Shown piece after piece: positions 48,870 through 57,988 of a stretch of 57,988 nt of DNA. The DNA comes from Actinomycetota bacterium. Its GTDB lineage: Bacteria; Actinomycetota; Acidimicrobiia; Acidimicrobiales; Ilumatobacteraceae. The notes under the pieces are model-generated. The model was not told where the DNA came from. It saw nothing but the letters and a program-made list of their open reading frames with translations, and searched no databases. The translations under genes and the position numbers were made by a program. Positions within the stretch are counted from its first letter, which is position 1. Each line of letters begins with the position of its first letter. The stretch spans positions 1 to 57,988 of the forward strand of contig RFMM01000179.1 of the NCBI GenBank assembly GCA_009927665.1. The letters are read 5' to 3'.

Positions 48870-50255
48870 ATGCCTGACGCCCACGTTGCGACCAGTCTGA
48901 ACATCGTGGCCCATCGAAACATCGTGTATGCCACTGCCGTGCGCTTCGAGCCACCTGTTCGCGTCACGACCGAGCGCGTGGCCGCCAGCGCCGTGCAGTG
49001 CCCGCAGGTGCCTGGCTTGCTTGAACAAGCGATGGGCACCGGCAGCCTCAACATGAGTGAAGATTGCCTCACACTCAACGTGTTCACACCGGCGACTGCG
49101 GGTCACAGCGGGTCGGCCAAGTTGCCCGTCTTGGTGTGGATTCATGGCGGTGCCTTCACCAATGGCACCGCTAACGCCTCGTGGTACGACGGCAGCAACC
49201 TCGCCACACGCGGCTGCGTGGTCGTGACGATCAACTATCGTCTCGGCGCTCTGGGCTTCACCGGCGCCGAAGACATCGGTCTGCAAGACCAAGTGGCGGC
49301 CCTGCAATGGGTACGCGACAATGTTGCACGATTCGGCGGTGACGCCACGAACGTCACGATCTTTGGCGAATCAGCGGGTGGTTGCAGCGTGCTCGCTCTC
49401 ATGGCGACCCCAGCGGCCGAGCAGCTGTTTCACCGGGCGTGGGCAATGAGCCCTTCGATCGGACAGTTGCGCACCACCGAACGCGCCGCGCAGTCACACG
49501 CGTTGCTACTCAACGAACTACAAGTCGCTTCACTCGATGCGGCCAGAACATCACCCATCGACGACGTGCTCGCGGCCCAAGCAAATCTCTTGCGCGACCC
49601 GAAAGATGTGGTCACGATGTTCAGCCCCACCATTGGTGGCGCCGTACTGCCCGTTGATGCCCATGCGCGAATTCACCGCGATCAGCGCCCGCTCGTCATT
49701 GGCACGCTGCGCGACGAGAGCCGACTGTGGGTGGCTTTGAACCCAACTTCAGCCAACCTCACCGAAGCTGAAGTTCGACAGCACTACGAACAGCGATTCG
49801 GCGCCGACGCAGAACGAGCCTGGAAGGCCTATCGCGATCTACGCCCGAACTCGTCACCAGCTCAGATGCTGGCGGCGCTGCAGAGTGATGAGTCATTCCG
49901 CGCGCCGGCTTGGCGAGTGATTGACGGCCGTGACGCAACTGGTGCACCGACGTGGTCATACTTCTTCACTTGGCCGACACCGGTGTTTGATGGCGTTCTC
50001 GGTGCATGTCATGGTCTCGATATTCCATTCGTCTTCGACAACATCTCGGTGCCGGGTGTCGAGATGTTCATTGGCCAGTCGCAGGCTCACCGCCCGATCG
50101 CTGATGTGCTCGCTGGCGCACTGGTGCAATTCGCCCACCGTGGCATCGCGCCGTGGCACCACACTGACGGCAAACGCACCACAATGCAGATCGACGAACG
50201 CAGCGAGGTAGTGGTCGACCCTGAGCGCCCGCTCTACGACGTGTGGAACCGCTAG
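48870..50255 (+). CDS. type-B carboxylesterase/lipase family protein
   Basis: [23 protein letters not shown] and FGESAGG (nucleophile elbow). 461 aa. Confidence 0.85.
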   Translation: MPDAHVATSLNIVAHRNIVYATAVRFEPPVRVTTERVAASAVQCPQVPGLLEQAMGTGSLNMSEDCLTLNVFTPATAGHSGSAKLPVLVWIHGGAFTNGTANASWYDGSNLATRGCVVVTINYRLGALGFTGAEDIGLQDQVAALQWVRDNVARFGGDATNVTIFGESAGGCSVLALMATPAAEQLFHRAWAMSPSIGQLRTTERAAQSHALLLNELQVASLDAARTSPIDDVLAAQANLLRDPKDVVTMFSPTIGGAVLPVDAHARIHRDQRPLVIGTLRDESRLWVALNPTSANLTEAEVRQHYEQRFGADAERAWKAYRDLRPNSSPAQMLAALQSDESFRAPAWRVIDGRDATGAPTWSYFFTWPTPVFDGVLGACHGLDIPFVFDNISVPGVEMFIGQSQAHRPIADVLAGALVQFAHRGIAPWHHTDGKRTTMQIDERSEVVVDPERPLYDVWNR

Positions 50256-51688
50256 CCACAGCGACGAGCAACGGGCTCGCAGACGAGTCGATCGTGCAGG
50301 CCGCACTTGCGGGGGCTGCGCAACGCCCGGTATGGCACGACGTCGACGCGCGTGACTGGCCCGTCACCACTGCCCCGAGCAGTGGCGAGGTTGATGTCGC
50401 CATCGTCGGAGGCGGCTTCAGCGGGTTGTGGACTGCCTACTACTTTTCACTCGCGCGCCCCGACTGGTCGATCGCCGTGCTCGAGTCGCAACGCGTCGGT
50501 TTTGGCGCGAGTGGTCGCAACGGTGGCTGGTGCAGCGGCATGTTTGCACTCTCGCCGAGCGAACTCGCCGAAATGTTTGGGCGTGACGCCGCACTCGATG
50601 CCTATGCGGCAAGTTTTGCCACGCTGGGCGAAATCGAAGCGGTGCTCTCGAGAGAACGAATCGAATGCGACTGGCATCGTGGCGGTTCGATCACCTCTGC
50701 CACGATTCCCCTGCAACGCACCCGATTGCAAGATGATCTCGCCACGCAACGTGCAATCGGCATCAACGAAGCCGACCTTCGCTGGCTGAGTGCCGATGAG
50801 ACGCGCGCTGAAGTGAATCTCGCCGACACCTACGGTGCGGTCTACACCCCACACTGTGCCACGGTGAACCCATTTCAGATGGTGCTCGGGTTGGCACGCG
50901 TATTACGTCGACGGGGCGTGCAGTTGTGGGAGTCGTCTCCAGTATCTGAGATTGCTGCCGGGGTCGTACACCACACGGCGAACGAGAGACCAGGAGCAGT
51001 GCGGGCAGGGTTCGTTGTGCAGGCCACTGAGGGATACTCGCCGTCGTTTCGCCAAACGCGCCGCGCCTTGGTGCCGCTCTATTCATTGATGGTCGCCACC
51101 GAGCCGCTGTCGAAAGACGTGCTCGCGCAGATTTCGTGGTCGCGTCGTGCCACCTTCACCGATGGCGGACGCATGATCATCTATGCCCAACTCACCGCCG
51201 ATGGTCGCATCGCCATCGGTGGTCGCGGTGCGCCGTACCACTTCGGCTCACGCATCAAGCCGTCATTCGACATCGACGACGAAACGCATCGCCGCATCGT
51301 GAACGGCATTGCGCGCCACTTTCCGGCCGCTGCAGGCGCGCGCATTACGCATCGCTGGGGTGGCCCGCTCGGTGTGCCGCGCAATTGGACTCCTTCTGTT
51401 GTCGTCAATCGTGCCGAGCGGTATGCCCGCATCGGCGGCTACACCGGTGACGGCGTGGCCTGCACCAACCTGCTGGCCCGCACGGTGGTTGACGAGTGGC
51501 TTGAACGAGACTCACCGTTGCGTTCATTGGCGTTCGTCGGGCATCACCCACCAGAGTGGGAACTCGAGCCGCTGCGGTTCATCGGCGTGAACTCGCTGAT
51601 TCAGTTGTCAGACTCGATTGATTCGTTCGAGGCTCGCACAGGGCGTACCCCGCGACTGCGCACCACGCTGATCGAGAACCTGCTCTAG
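50243..51688 (+). CDS. FAD-dependent oxidoreductase (DAO family)
   Basis: [18 protein letters not shown] is a dinucleotide-binding motif. 481 aa. The GTG start overlaps the esterase end by 13 nt. Confidence 0.8.
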   Translation: MEPLATATSNGLADESIVQAALAGAAQRPVWHDVDARDWPVTTAPSSGEVDVAIVGGGFSGLWTAYYFSLARPDWSIAVLESQRVGFGASGRNGGWCSGMFALSPSELAEMFGRDAALDAYAASFATLGEIEAVLSRERIECDWHRGGSITSATIPLQRTRLQDDLATQRAIGINEADLRWLSADETRAEVNLADTYGAVYTPHCATVNPFQMVLGLARVLRRRGVQLWESSPVSEIAAGVVHHTANERPGAVRAGFVVQATEGYSPSFRQTRRALVPLYSLMVATEPLSKDVLAQISWSRRATFTDGGRMIIYAQLTADGRIAIGGRGAPYHFGSRIKPSFDIDDETHRRIVNGIARHFPAAAGARITHRWGGPLGVPRNWTPSVVVNRAERYARIGGYTGDGVACTNLLARTVVDEWLERDSPLRSLAFVGHHPPEWELEPLRFIGVNSLIQLSDSIDSFEARTGRTPRLRTTLIENLL

Positions 51689-52866
51689 CCGAGCACCTCG
51701 GACATCGCTATCGGTCGACCAAGTTCGATACTGCGATGCGCTGCTTCGCCCATCGCGACCGACATGAGACCGTCGTGCAGTGACACTTCGGCAGAGCGGC
51801 CCTCGCGAATTGCCCGCTGCATCGCCACGTGCTCACGCCACGATGAGCCGTGATGTGACCCGTGCTGGCGCACGGCTGTCGGCACATCGTCGGCATGTGT
51901 CACTTCGTCGCGCGCTTGGAACCAGCCGTCTTTGCGCAAGCCGACACGCACGATGCCCTCAGTGACAAGCGCCTCGGCTTTGCCGAGGTCTCCGACAAGC
52001 GAAAGCTCTTGTTCGTTGCGGGTCGCTTCGGCAAACATGCAGAGATCGAGTGAAGCACGCTCACCGCCCGCAAAGTCGACGATGACGAAGGCGTTGTCGA
52101 GAATGTCGGGGCGCCGACCACCGTACGACTCGTGCAGGTGATTTACGTCTTGCGCGCCCGATGCGAACACGCGCACGGGTTCGCTGCGCAGCACGAGACG
52201 CATCAAATCGAAGAAGTGGCAGCACTTTTCCACCAACGTGCCGCCCGTGTTGCTGCTGAAGCGATTCCAGTCGCCGACCTTTACGAGAAACGGAAACCGG
52301 TGCTCACGAATCGCAAACATGCGCAACCGACCCAACACGCCAGAGCGAGCGTGTTCGAGCAGTCGCATGGTGGGTGCCATATAGCGATATTCGAGGCCAG
52401 TCCACACCACTCGCCCACTGCGCGCAGTTGTGTGCTCGATGGCTATGAGTTCGCGGCACTGCTGAGCGGTGATACAGAGAGGCTTCTCGATCAGCAGATG
52501 CACGCCAGCGTGCAGCAAGGGCTCAACGACCTCTCTGTGCGTGAAGTTCGGTGTCGCCACCACCGCAACATCAAAGCCACCAGCGGCAATCAGCGAGTGC
52601 ACGTCAGCGAAGACCCGCGGTGCGGTGGTAGCGAAGTTCCTTGCTGCGGCGCCAGCCTCGTTGCTGACGATGGCTGCTTGTGCCGCTGCAATGCTCGGTG
52701 CGTGCGGGTCGCATAACGCGACGATCTCGGTGTCGGGCAAGCTGCGCAGCGCGTGCACGTGCTCGACGCCCATCATGCCTGTGCCGATGAGGGCGTAGCG
52801 CAACACGGCTGGGTTGGTTGCCGCGCCAGTCGGTTCGGCGGCCGCGACGGTCGGGTTGCTTGCCAC
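51685..52866 (-). CDS. Gfo/Idh/MocA family oxidoreductase
   Basis: LRYALIGTGMMGVEHV Rossmann N-terminus and an EKP motif (LLIEKPL). 393 aa. Confidence 0.8.
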   Translation of the reverse strand: MASNPTVAAAEPTGAATNPAVLRYALIGTGMMGVEHVHALRSLPDTEIVALCDPHAPSIAAAQAAIVSNEAGAAARNFATTAPRVFADVHSLIAAGGFDVAVVATPNFTHREVVEPLLHAGVHLLIEKPLCITAQQCRELIAIEHTTARSGRVVWTGLEYRYMAPTMRLLEHARSGVLGRLRMFAIREHRFPFLVKVGDWNRFSSNTGGTLVEKCCHFFDLMRLVLRSEPVRVFASGAQDVNHLHESYGGRRPDILDNAFVIVDFAGGERASLDLCMFAEATRNEQELSLVGDLGKAEALVTEGIVRVGLRKDGWFQARDEVTHADDVPTAVRQHGSHHGSSWREHVAMQRAIREGRSAEVSLHDGLMSVAMGEAAHRSIELGRPIAMSEVLG

Positions 52867-52889
52867 GTATCAAGGGTAGGTTCGTAGCC

Positions 52890-53603
52890 GTGCCTGATGA
52901 CCGCTTCTACTTTCGCCAATTGCTGTCAGGTCGCGACTTCGCCACCAGCGACCAGATGGCACAACAGATGGTCAACTTCGTCTATGCCATCGGCGATCGA
53001 GACACCGGCGACTGTGTCTTGGTCGACCCTGCCTATGACGTCGATTCACTGATCGACACGATTGCCGCCGACGGAATGCGACTTACAGGAGTTCTCGCCA
53101 CGCACTATCACCCCGACCATGTCGGCGGCTCGATGATGGGCATGCGCATCGAGGGCATTGCCCGGTTGCTCGAACGCATCGCCGTGCCGATTCACGCGCA
53201 GCGCGCCGAGGTGGAATGGATCAGCAAGGTGACGGGCGTTGAACGCACGAACCTGGCAGCACACGAGCCGGGCGACGTGGTCGAGGTTGGCGACGTGCGC
53301 ATCACGCTGGTGCACACACCTGGTCACACCCCCGGCAGTCAATGCTTCTTGGTCGACGGTCGTCTGGTCTCGGGCGACACTCTCTTCTTGGATGGCTGCG
53401 GCCGTACCGATCTGCCCGGCAGCAACCCTGACGACATGTACGACAGTCTGCAGCGGCTTGCGTCGCTGCCCGACGACACCGTGGTGTTTCCTGGTCACAT
53501 GTACTCGCACGAACCACATGCTCCCCTGCAGCGCGTGCGTGCCAGCAACGCCGTGTTCAAACCGAAGTCGAAAGAAGCATGGCTCGGTTGGTTCGCTCCG
53601 TAA
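52890..53603 (+). CDS. MBL-fold metallo-hydrolase (glyoxalase II-like)
   Basis: THYHPDHVGG (HxHxDH), HTPGHTPGS and a later GDTLF...GCGR. The GTG at 52890 is preferred, because the ORF-track start at 52818 overlaps the divergent gene. Confidence 0.8.
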   Translation: MPDDRFYFRQLLSGRDFATSDQMAQQMVNFVYAIGDRDTGDCVLVDPAYDVDSLIDTIAADGMRLTGVLATHYHPDHVGGSMMGMRIEGIARLLERIAVPIHAQRAEVEWISKVTGVERTNLAAHEPGDVVEVGDVRITLVHTPGHTPGSQCFLVDGRLVSGDTLFLDGCGRTDLPGSNPDDMYDSLQRLASLPDDTVVFPGHMYSHEPHAPLQRVRASNAVFKPKSKEAWLGWFAP

Positions 53604-53612
53604 TCGCTCGGG

Positions 53613-54344
53613 CTAGCCGAAGAGCCCTGACCACGACACCGATAGCGCACTGAGACCGAGCAACACGTAGACCAGCCGCGTGAAGTAGTCGCCTTGCACA
53701 CGCGGTCGAGTGCGCACACCCAACCACTGTCCGCCAGCCACCAGTGGCAAGCCCCAGAGCGCCACCAGCACCGCTTCACGCGACGCTTCTCCCGCAACGA
53801 AGAAGGCGACGAGACTGACAGAACCCTGCAGTGCGAACGTGAAGCTCAACGTGGCACGAAACTGCTCGGGGTGCATTCCGCGCAACTGGGCTGCGAACAC
53901 CAACGGCGGCCCGTTCGTTGAAGTTGAGGTTGCCAAAAGTCCCGAGCTCCAGCCCGCCAACATCTCAACGAGTGGCCGTGGTCGCGCATTTGCTCGTGCG
54001 CGCATCAACACGATGATGAGCACAAGAATGACCGCGCCAAGGCCAACCTTGAGCGTCGATTCATCGACGTGCACGAGCACCCACAGCCCGAAAGGCATGC
54101 CAAAGAGCGCCGGCACATTGAAACGTCGCACGACCGACCATTCGACGTGAGCCAGCGACCGCAAGGCCAACACCGCAACGTTCGCGAGCGACGCAATGCT
54201 GCCCGCGACAACCGCATCGGGCAACGAGATCGCAAGTGCCATCAGGGGCACGGCAAACAGCGAAAAGCCGAAACCGCCCAGTGATTGCACGAACGCTGCA
54301 ACGGCGAACACCACGAGACACCACACCACTTGACCCGTTGACAT
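53613..54344 (-). CDS. TauE/SafE (DUF81) family anion exporter
   Basis: 243 aa, about 7-8 TM segments, Gly-rich helices typical of the family. Confidence 0.75.
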   Translation of the reverse strand: MSTGQVVWCLVVFAVAAFVQSLGGFGFSLFAVPLMALAISLPDAVVAGSIASLANVAVLALRSLAHVEWSVVRRFNVPALFGMPFGLWVLVHVDESTLKVGLGAVILVLIIVLMRARANARPRPLVEMLAGWSSGLLATSTSTNGPPLVFAAQLRGMHPEQFRATLSFTFALQGSVSLVAFFVAGEASREAVLVALWGLPLVAGGQWLGVRTRPRVQGDYFTRLVYVLLGLSALSVSWSGLFG

Positions 54345-54350
54345 CAGCGG

Positions 54351-55697
54351 TTAGTCGACGAGTGCGGTGAGGGCGTCATCAAATTGGCGAGTATGCACAT
54401 CGACATCAGACTGCTGATGAAACGGGGAAAACAGCGCCATGTTGTGAAACGGGGTGAGCAGAACACCGCGATTGATCGCCCACAGATGCATGAATGCATC
54501 GAGCTCATGGTCGACAGCGGCTGCTGCATCGGCTCCGGTGCGAGGTGGTGGGCAGAACCAGTATTCAGCGCGCGAACCAAGTTGCTGCACGCTCCATGCA
54601 AGACCTCGCCGTTCATAGGCGGTCTTGACGCCGTCGGTCCAGGCGCTGGCCAATGCGATGGTCTGCACGAACTGCTCTGGCAAAAGCGCATGAGTGAGCG
54701 TTGCTCGCACCGCGGCCATCGACAACGCGTTTCCTGCCAACGTGCCGCCCACACCTGACACGTCGATGCCGTCGCTCAACTGCAACTCTTCCACCTTCGC
54801 CCCAACGTCTGCCGACATTCCGTAGGCGCCAACCGGGATTCCCCCACCAATCGTCTTGCCGATGACGAACATGTCGGGCTCAAGACTCCACTCCTTGGTG
54901 CAACCTCCGGGCCCGGCACAAATCGTGTGCGTTTCGTCGATGATGAGCAACACGCCATGCTTGCGGGTGAGTTCACGAACCGCCTGCAGGTACCCGGGTT
55001 CGGGCAGCACGATGCCGATGTTGGTAAGTGCGGGTTCGATCAGCATGCACGCCACGTCGCCGTGGGCAAGCACCCGCTCGAGACCATCAACATCGTTGAA
55101 CTGCACGACTCGTGTCGTCAGGGCGGGGTTCACCTGCGGGCCGATGGCTCCCCCACGACTGACCGTTCGATCGCCCAAGGCAACGACGAGGGTTTCATCA
55201 ACGGTGCCGTGATAGCACCAGTCATGCACCAACACCTTTGGTTTGCCGGTGATGGCACGAGCGAAACGCAATGCAAACCGGTTTGCGTCGGTGGCGCTCA
55301 GTGCGAACTGCCACTTTGGCAAACCGAATCGTCGCTCGAGTTCGTTTGCCACCCACACGGCATCTTCGGTTGGCAGCATCACGGTGGCACCGCGCGCCAA
55401 CTGCCTACTCACGGCTTCGCCCACCTCACGATGTGCATGACCTGTCATCGCACCCGTATCACCGAGACACAGATCGACGTAGACGTGACCGTCAATATCG
55501 GTAAATCGGGCCCCACTCGCCGCATCAAGTACGAGTGGAAACGGTCCGGGCCATCGGCGCATCCACGGCATCGGCACGCCACCAACGAGTGCGCCAGTGG
55601 TGTCGGCGTGAGCCGCCGATTTCGGACGCGTTGAGATGAAACGCTGTGTCTCTTGCTGCATCAGCGCACCAAGACGAGAACGGTCTACGGTTCGCAT
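54351..55697 (-). CDS. class-III aminotransferase (GSA-aminomutase-like, omega-transaminase candidate)
   Basis: 448 aa with the PLP-Lys region DMFVIGKTIGGGIPVGAYG. It is a paralog of the gene at 33601-34890. Confidence 0.8.
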   Translation of the reverse strand: MRTVDRSRLGALMQQETQRFISTRPKSAAHADTTGALVGGVPMPWMRRWPGPFPLVLDAASGARFTDIDGHVYVDLCLGDTGAMTGHAHREVGEAVSRQLARGATVMLPTEDAVWVANELERRFGLPKWQFALSATDANRFALRFARAITGKPKVLVHDWCYHGTVDETLVVALGDRTVSRGGAIGPQVNPALTTRVVQFNDVDGLERVLAHGDVACMLIEPALTNIGIVLPEPGYLQAVRELTRKHGVLLIIDETHTICAGPGGCTKEWSLEPDMFVIGKTIGGGIPVGAYGMSADVGAKVEELQLSDGIDVSGVGGTLAGNALSMAAVRATLTHALLPEQFVQTIALASAWTDGVKTAYERRGLAWSVQQLGSRAEYWFCPPPRTGADAAAAVDHELDAFMHLWAINRGVLLTPFHNMALFSPFHQQSDVDVHTRQFDDALTALVD

Positions 55698-55732
55698 GAC
55701 CCCTCAATACTGCCATTCGTAGGATGTGACTC

Positions 55733-56989
55733 GTGCGTTCAGCAGGCTCAACGCAGACGCAACTGTCGATCAACGGCTCGCGTCTCATGCAACGCATCGC
55801 CACGCTGGCCGAAATTGGCGCCATCGACGGCGGTGGCTGCAATCGACTCGCGCTCACTGACGCAGATCGTGATGGTCGCAATCTCGTGCGCGAATGGATG
55901 ATCGAACTCGGTCTGCAAATTGCAGTTGACGCAGTCGGCAACATCATCGGCACATGGCAGGTCGGTAGCGGTGCCGCAGTCATGACGGGTTCGCACATCG
56001 ACACGGTGCGAACGGGCGGCAAGTACGACGGCAACTACGGGGTGCTCGCCGGCCTTGAAGTAATCCAAACCTTGCAAGATGCCGGAGTCACCCCGTCGCG
56101 CCCTCTCGCGGTCGGCATCTTCACCGACGAAGAAGGAGCCCGTTTCGCCCCCGACATGCTCGGCTCACTCGTGTATGCCGGCGGCATGTCGACTGAAGCG
56201 GCGCACGACGTGATTGGCATCGACGGCGCACGACTGGGCGACGAACTCGAACGCATCGGCTATCTCGGTTCGGTACCTTGCCCTGGCATTGCTCCGCACG
56301 CCTTCGTCGAACTGCACATCGAGCAGGGTCCGCTGCTTGAGGTCAACGGCGTGCGCATCGGTGCAGTCACGGGTGTGCAAGGTATCTCATGGCAAGAGGT
56401 GACGATTCACGGCCAGAGCAACCACGCCGGCACGACCCCCATGCATTTGCGACGTGATCCGGCCTATGCAGCCGCGGCTCTCACAGTCTTTGTGCGTGAG
56501 TTGTCGGCACGCTACGGCGGTCATCAAGTGTGCACCGTCGGCAAGATTGATTTGCACCCGAACCTCACCAACGTGGTGCCAAGTCGCGCCGTACTCACGT
56601 TAGATGTGCGCAACACTGACGAAGCAATCTTGCAACGCGCTGAGGGCGAGATTGCCGACTATTGCGACGTGCTCGCTCAGCGCGAACAGGTGAGCATCAC
56701 CCGCCGCAGCCTGGCTCGCTTTGAGCCCGTGGTCTTCGACGAACGCGTCGTTGCAATGGTCGAGCGCCTTGCGATCGCGCGCGGCAACAGCGTGCAGCGC
56801 ATGCCCTCGGGAGCGGGTCATGATGCCCAGATGATTGCCCGCATGTGCCCAACTGCGATGATCTTCGTGCCGAGCCACAAGGGTCTCAGCCACAACGTCG
56901 CCGAACACACCGATGCAGTTGACCTGATCGCTGGCGCCGATGTGCTGCTCGACACCATGCGCGAACTTAGCGAGACCACCTTCGCATGA
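55733..56989 (+). CDS. M20-family amidohydrolase (allantoate amidohydrolase / N-carbamoyl-L-amino-acid hydrolase / beta-ureidopropionase group)
   Basis: GGGCNRLALTDADRDGRNLV, GSHIDTVRTGGKYDGNYGVLAGLE, FTDEEGARF and SGAGHDAQ are diagnostic for this subgroup. Confidence 0.85.
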   Translation: MRSAGSTQTQLSINGSRLMQRIATLAEIGAIDGGGCNRLALTDADRDGRNLVREWMIELGLQIAVDAVGNIIGTWQVGSGAAVMTGSHIDTVRTGGKYDGNYGVLAGLEVIQTLQDAGVTPSRPLAVGIFTDEEGARFAPDMLGSLVYAGGMSTEAAHDVIGIDGARLGDELERIGYLGSVPCPGIAPHAFVELHIEQGPLLEVNGVRIGAVTGVQGISWQEVTIHGQSNHAGTTPMHLRRDPAYAAAALTVFVRELSARYGGHQVCTVGKIDLHPNLTNVVPSRAVLTLDVRNTDEAILQRAEGEIADYCDVLAQREQVSITRRSLARFEPVVFDERVVAMVERLAIARGNSVQRMPSGAGHDAQMIARMCPTAMIFVPSHKGLSHNVAEHTDAVDLIAGADVLLDTMRELSETTFA

Positions 56990-57008
56990 CGTCAGCTCGA
57001 GGTTGCAC

Positions 57009-57971
57009 ATGAAGGGTGTATTGCGCGGGGCGCCACGGGTGGTGCGCGTAGCGGCTGCACAGATGGGCCCGATTCAACGTTCAGACGACCGCGAATCAGC
57101 CGTGAGACGTCTGACCGCACTGCTGCACCAGGCTGCCGATCAAGGTGCACAGCTCGTGGTGTTTCCCGAATTGGCTCTCACCACCTTCTTTCCCCGTTGG
57201 TTCGTTGACGACATCTCCAGCACTGACCATTACTACGAACGAACGATGCCGTCGCCTGCAACCCAGCCGCTCTTTGATGCAGCCAAGCAGCGAAGCATCG
57301 GCTTCTCGCTTGGTTTCGCCGAACTCACGAGCGACGGGCACCGATTCAATTCACAAGTGCTGGTCGAACGTGATGGCCGAGTCGTGGCAACGTACCGCAA
57401 AGTGCACATTCCTGGTCATGCGTCGAACGAGCCAAATCGCGCGTTTCAACATGCAGAGCGCTACTACTTCGAGCCGAGCGACGAGGGTTTCGGTGTGTGG
57501 AACGCCTTTGGCGGTCGAATCGGCATGATGATTTGCAACGACCGTCGATGGCCCGAGACCTACCGCGAGATGGGTTTGCAGGGCGTTGAGTTGATTCTGT
57601 GCGGCTACAACACGCCGCTGAACTATCTCCCCGACCCAAGTCAAGATCGTCATGCTGGATTCCACAACTCCTTGGTCATGCAAGCTGGCGCGTATCAGAA
57701 TGGAACATTCGTCGTTGGCGTCGCCAAGGGCGGCATTGAAGAGTCGGTCGATTCGCTCGCCGAGTCGCAGATCATCGCGCCATCGGGTGAGATTCTCGCC
57801 AAAACGGTGAGTGCCGGCGACGAGGTCATCGTCGCTGATTGCGACCTTGAGTGGTGCAAGAACTACCAGAACACCCTGTTTGATCTCGACTACTACCGCC
57901 GACCTGAGGTCTATCGCCGCCACACCAGCCAGCGCGGGGCGCACACCCGCGCCGACGGCAGCCCCCTCTAG
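57009..57971 (+). CDS. nitrilase-superfamily N-carbamoyl-D-amino-acid hydrolase-like amidase
   Basis: VVFPELALTTFFPRW (Glu), ATYRKVHIPGH (Lys) and MMICNDRRWPETYR (Cys). These strings closely match what I recall of Agrobacterium D-carbamoylase (FPELALTTFFPRW, YRKIHLPGH, ICNDRRWPE). Confidence 0.85.
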   Translation: MKGVLRGAPRVVRVAAAQMGPIQRSDDRESAVRRLTALLHQAADQGAQLVVFPELALTTFFPRWFVDDISSTDHYYERTMPSPATQPLFDAAKQRSIGFSLGFAELTSDGHRFNSQVLVERDGRVVATYRKVHIPGHASNEPNRAFQHAERYYFEPSDEGFGVWNAFGGRIGMMICNDRRWPETYREMGLQGVELILCGYNTPLNYLPDPSQDRHAGFHNSLVMQAGAYQNGTFVVGVAKGGIEESVDSLAESQIIAPSGEILAKTVSAGDEVIVADCDLEWCKNYQNTLFDLDYYRRPEVYRRHTSQRGAHTRADGSPL

Positions 57972-57988
57972 CCCGCAGCAGCCCGCCA

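Overview
This is a high-GC (about 60%), very densely coded chromosomal segment with roughly 60 genes, many joined by 1-4 nt start/stop overlaps. It is most consistent with an Actinomycetota genome. That assignment is inferred from the Pup-proteasome locus, GuaB1, DUF3151, and TrmI-Mpa and TatC-HelY synteny resembling the Mycobacterium Rv2092c-Rv2118c region. I could run no database search, so all family assignments rest on motifs I can read in the translations.

Gene content, left to right:
- 1-4.4 kb: a DAGK-like ORF, helY, tatC and a tatB-like gene.
- 4.4-5.8 kb: a GDPD phosphodiesterase and lepB.
- 5.8-12.1 kb: a complete, compact pupylation/proteasome block (pafA, prcA, prcB, pup, dop, mpa).
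- 12.1-17.6 kb: ferredoxin, trmI, two small membrane proteins, a PBP4-type carboxypeptidase and an NDP-forming acyl-CoA synthetase.
- 17.6-32.2 kb: tkt-tal, typA, RNase D, rhodanese, mobA, DUF3151, an M18 aminopeptidase, plsC, cmk, guaB1, an alpha/beta hydrolase and sua5/tsaC.
- 32.2-39.8 kb: a Liv-type ABC uptake cluster with an embedded class-III aminotransferase, then ctaA.
- 39.8-48.1 kb: a TetR-NTF2 fusion, a triple-PGBD M23 peptidase, a histidine phosphatase, and a heterodimeric ABC exporter flanked by two related secreted proteins.
- 48.2-58 kb: a catabolic-looking block of acetyltransferase, carboxylesterase, FAD oxidase, Gfo/Idh/MocA, MBL, TauE, aminotransferase, M20 amidohydrolase and D-carbamoylase.

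I saw no rRNA, tRNA, CRISPR array, transposase, integrase or recognisable defence system.

The observations most worth follow-up:
1. dop is split by one extra base in an A5 run, although Pup ends in Gln and therefore needs Dop.
2. typA has no canonical start codon upstream of its P-loop. It appears to start at a CTG that overlaps (CTGA) the stop of a small basic/acidic upstream ORF whose SD lies in a hairpin.
3. The LivH permease carries a signal peptide plus an Ig-like extracytoplasmic domain.
4. An asymmetric ABC exporter pair is bracketed by two apparently paralogous Cys-bracketed extracytoplasmic proteins.
5. M20-type and nitrilase-type carbamoylases sit next to each other beside an omega-aminotransferase.

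I did not find a clear-cut novel multi-gene system. The candidates above are ranked honestly as modest.
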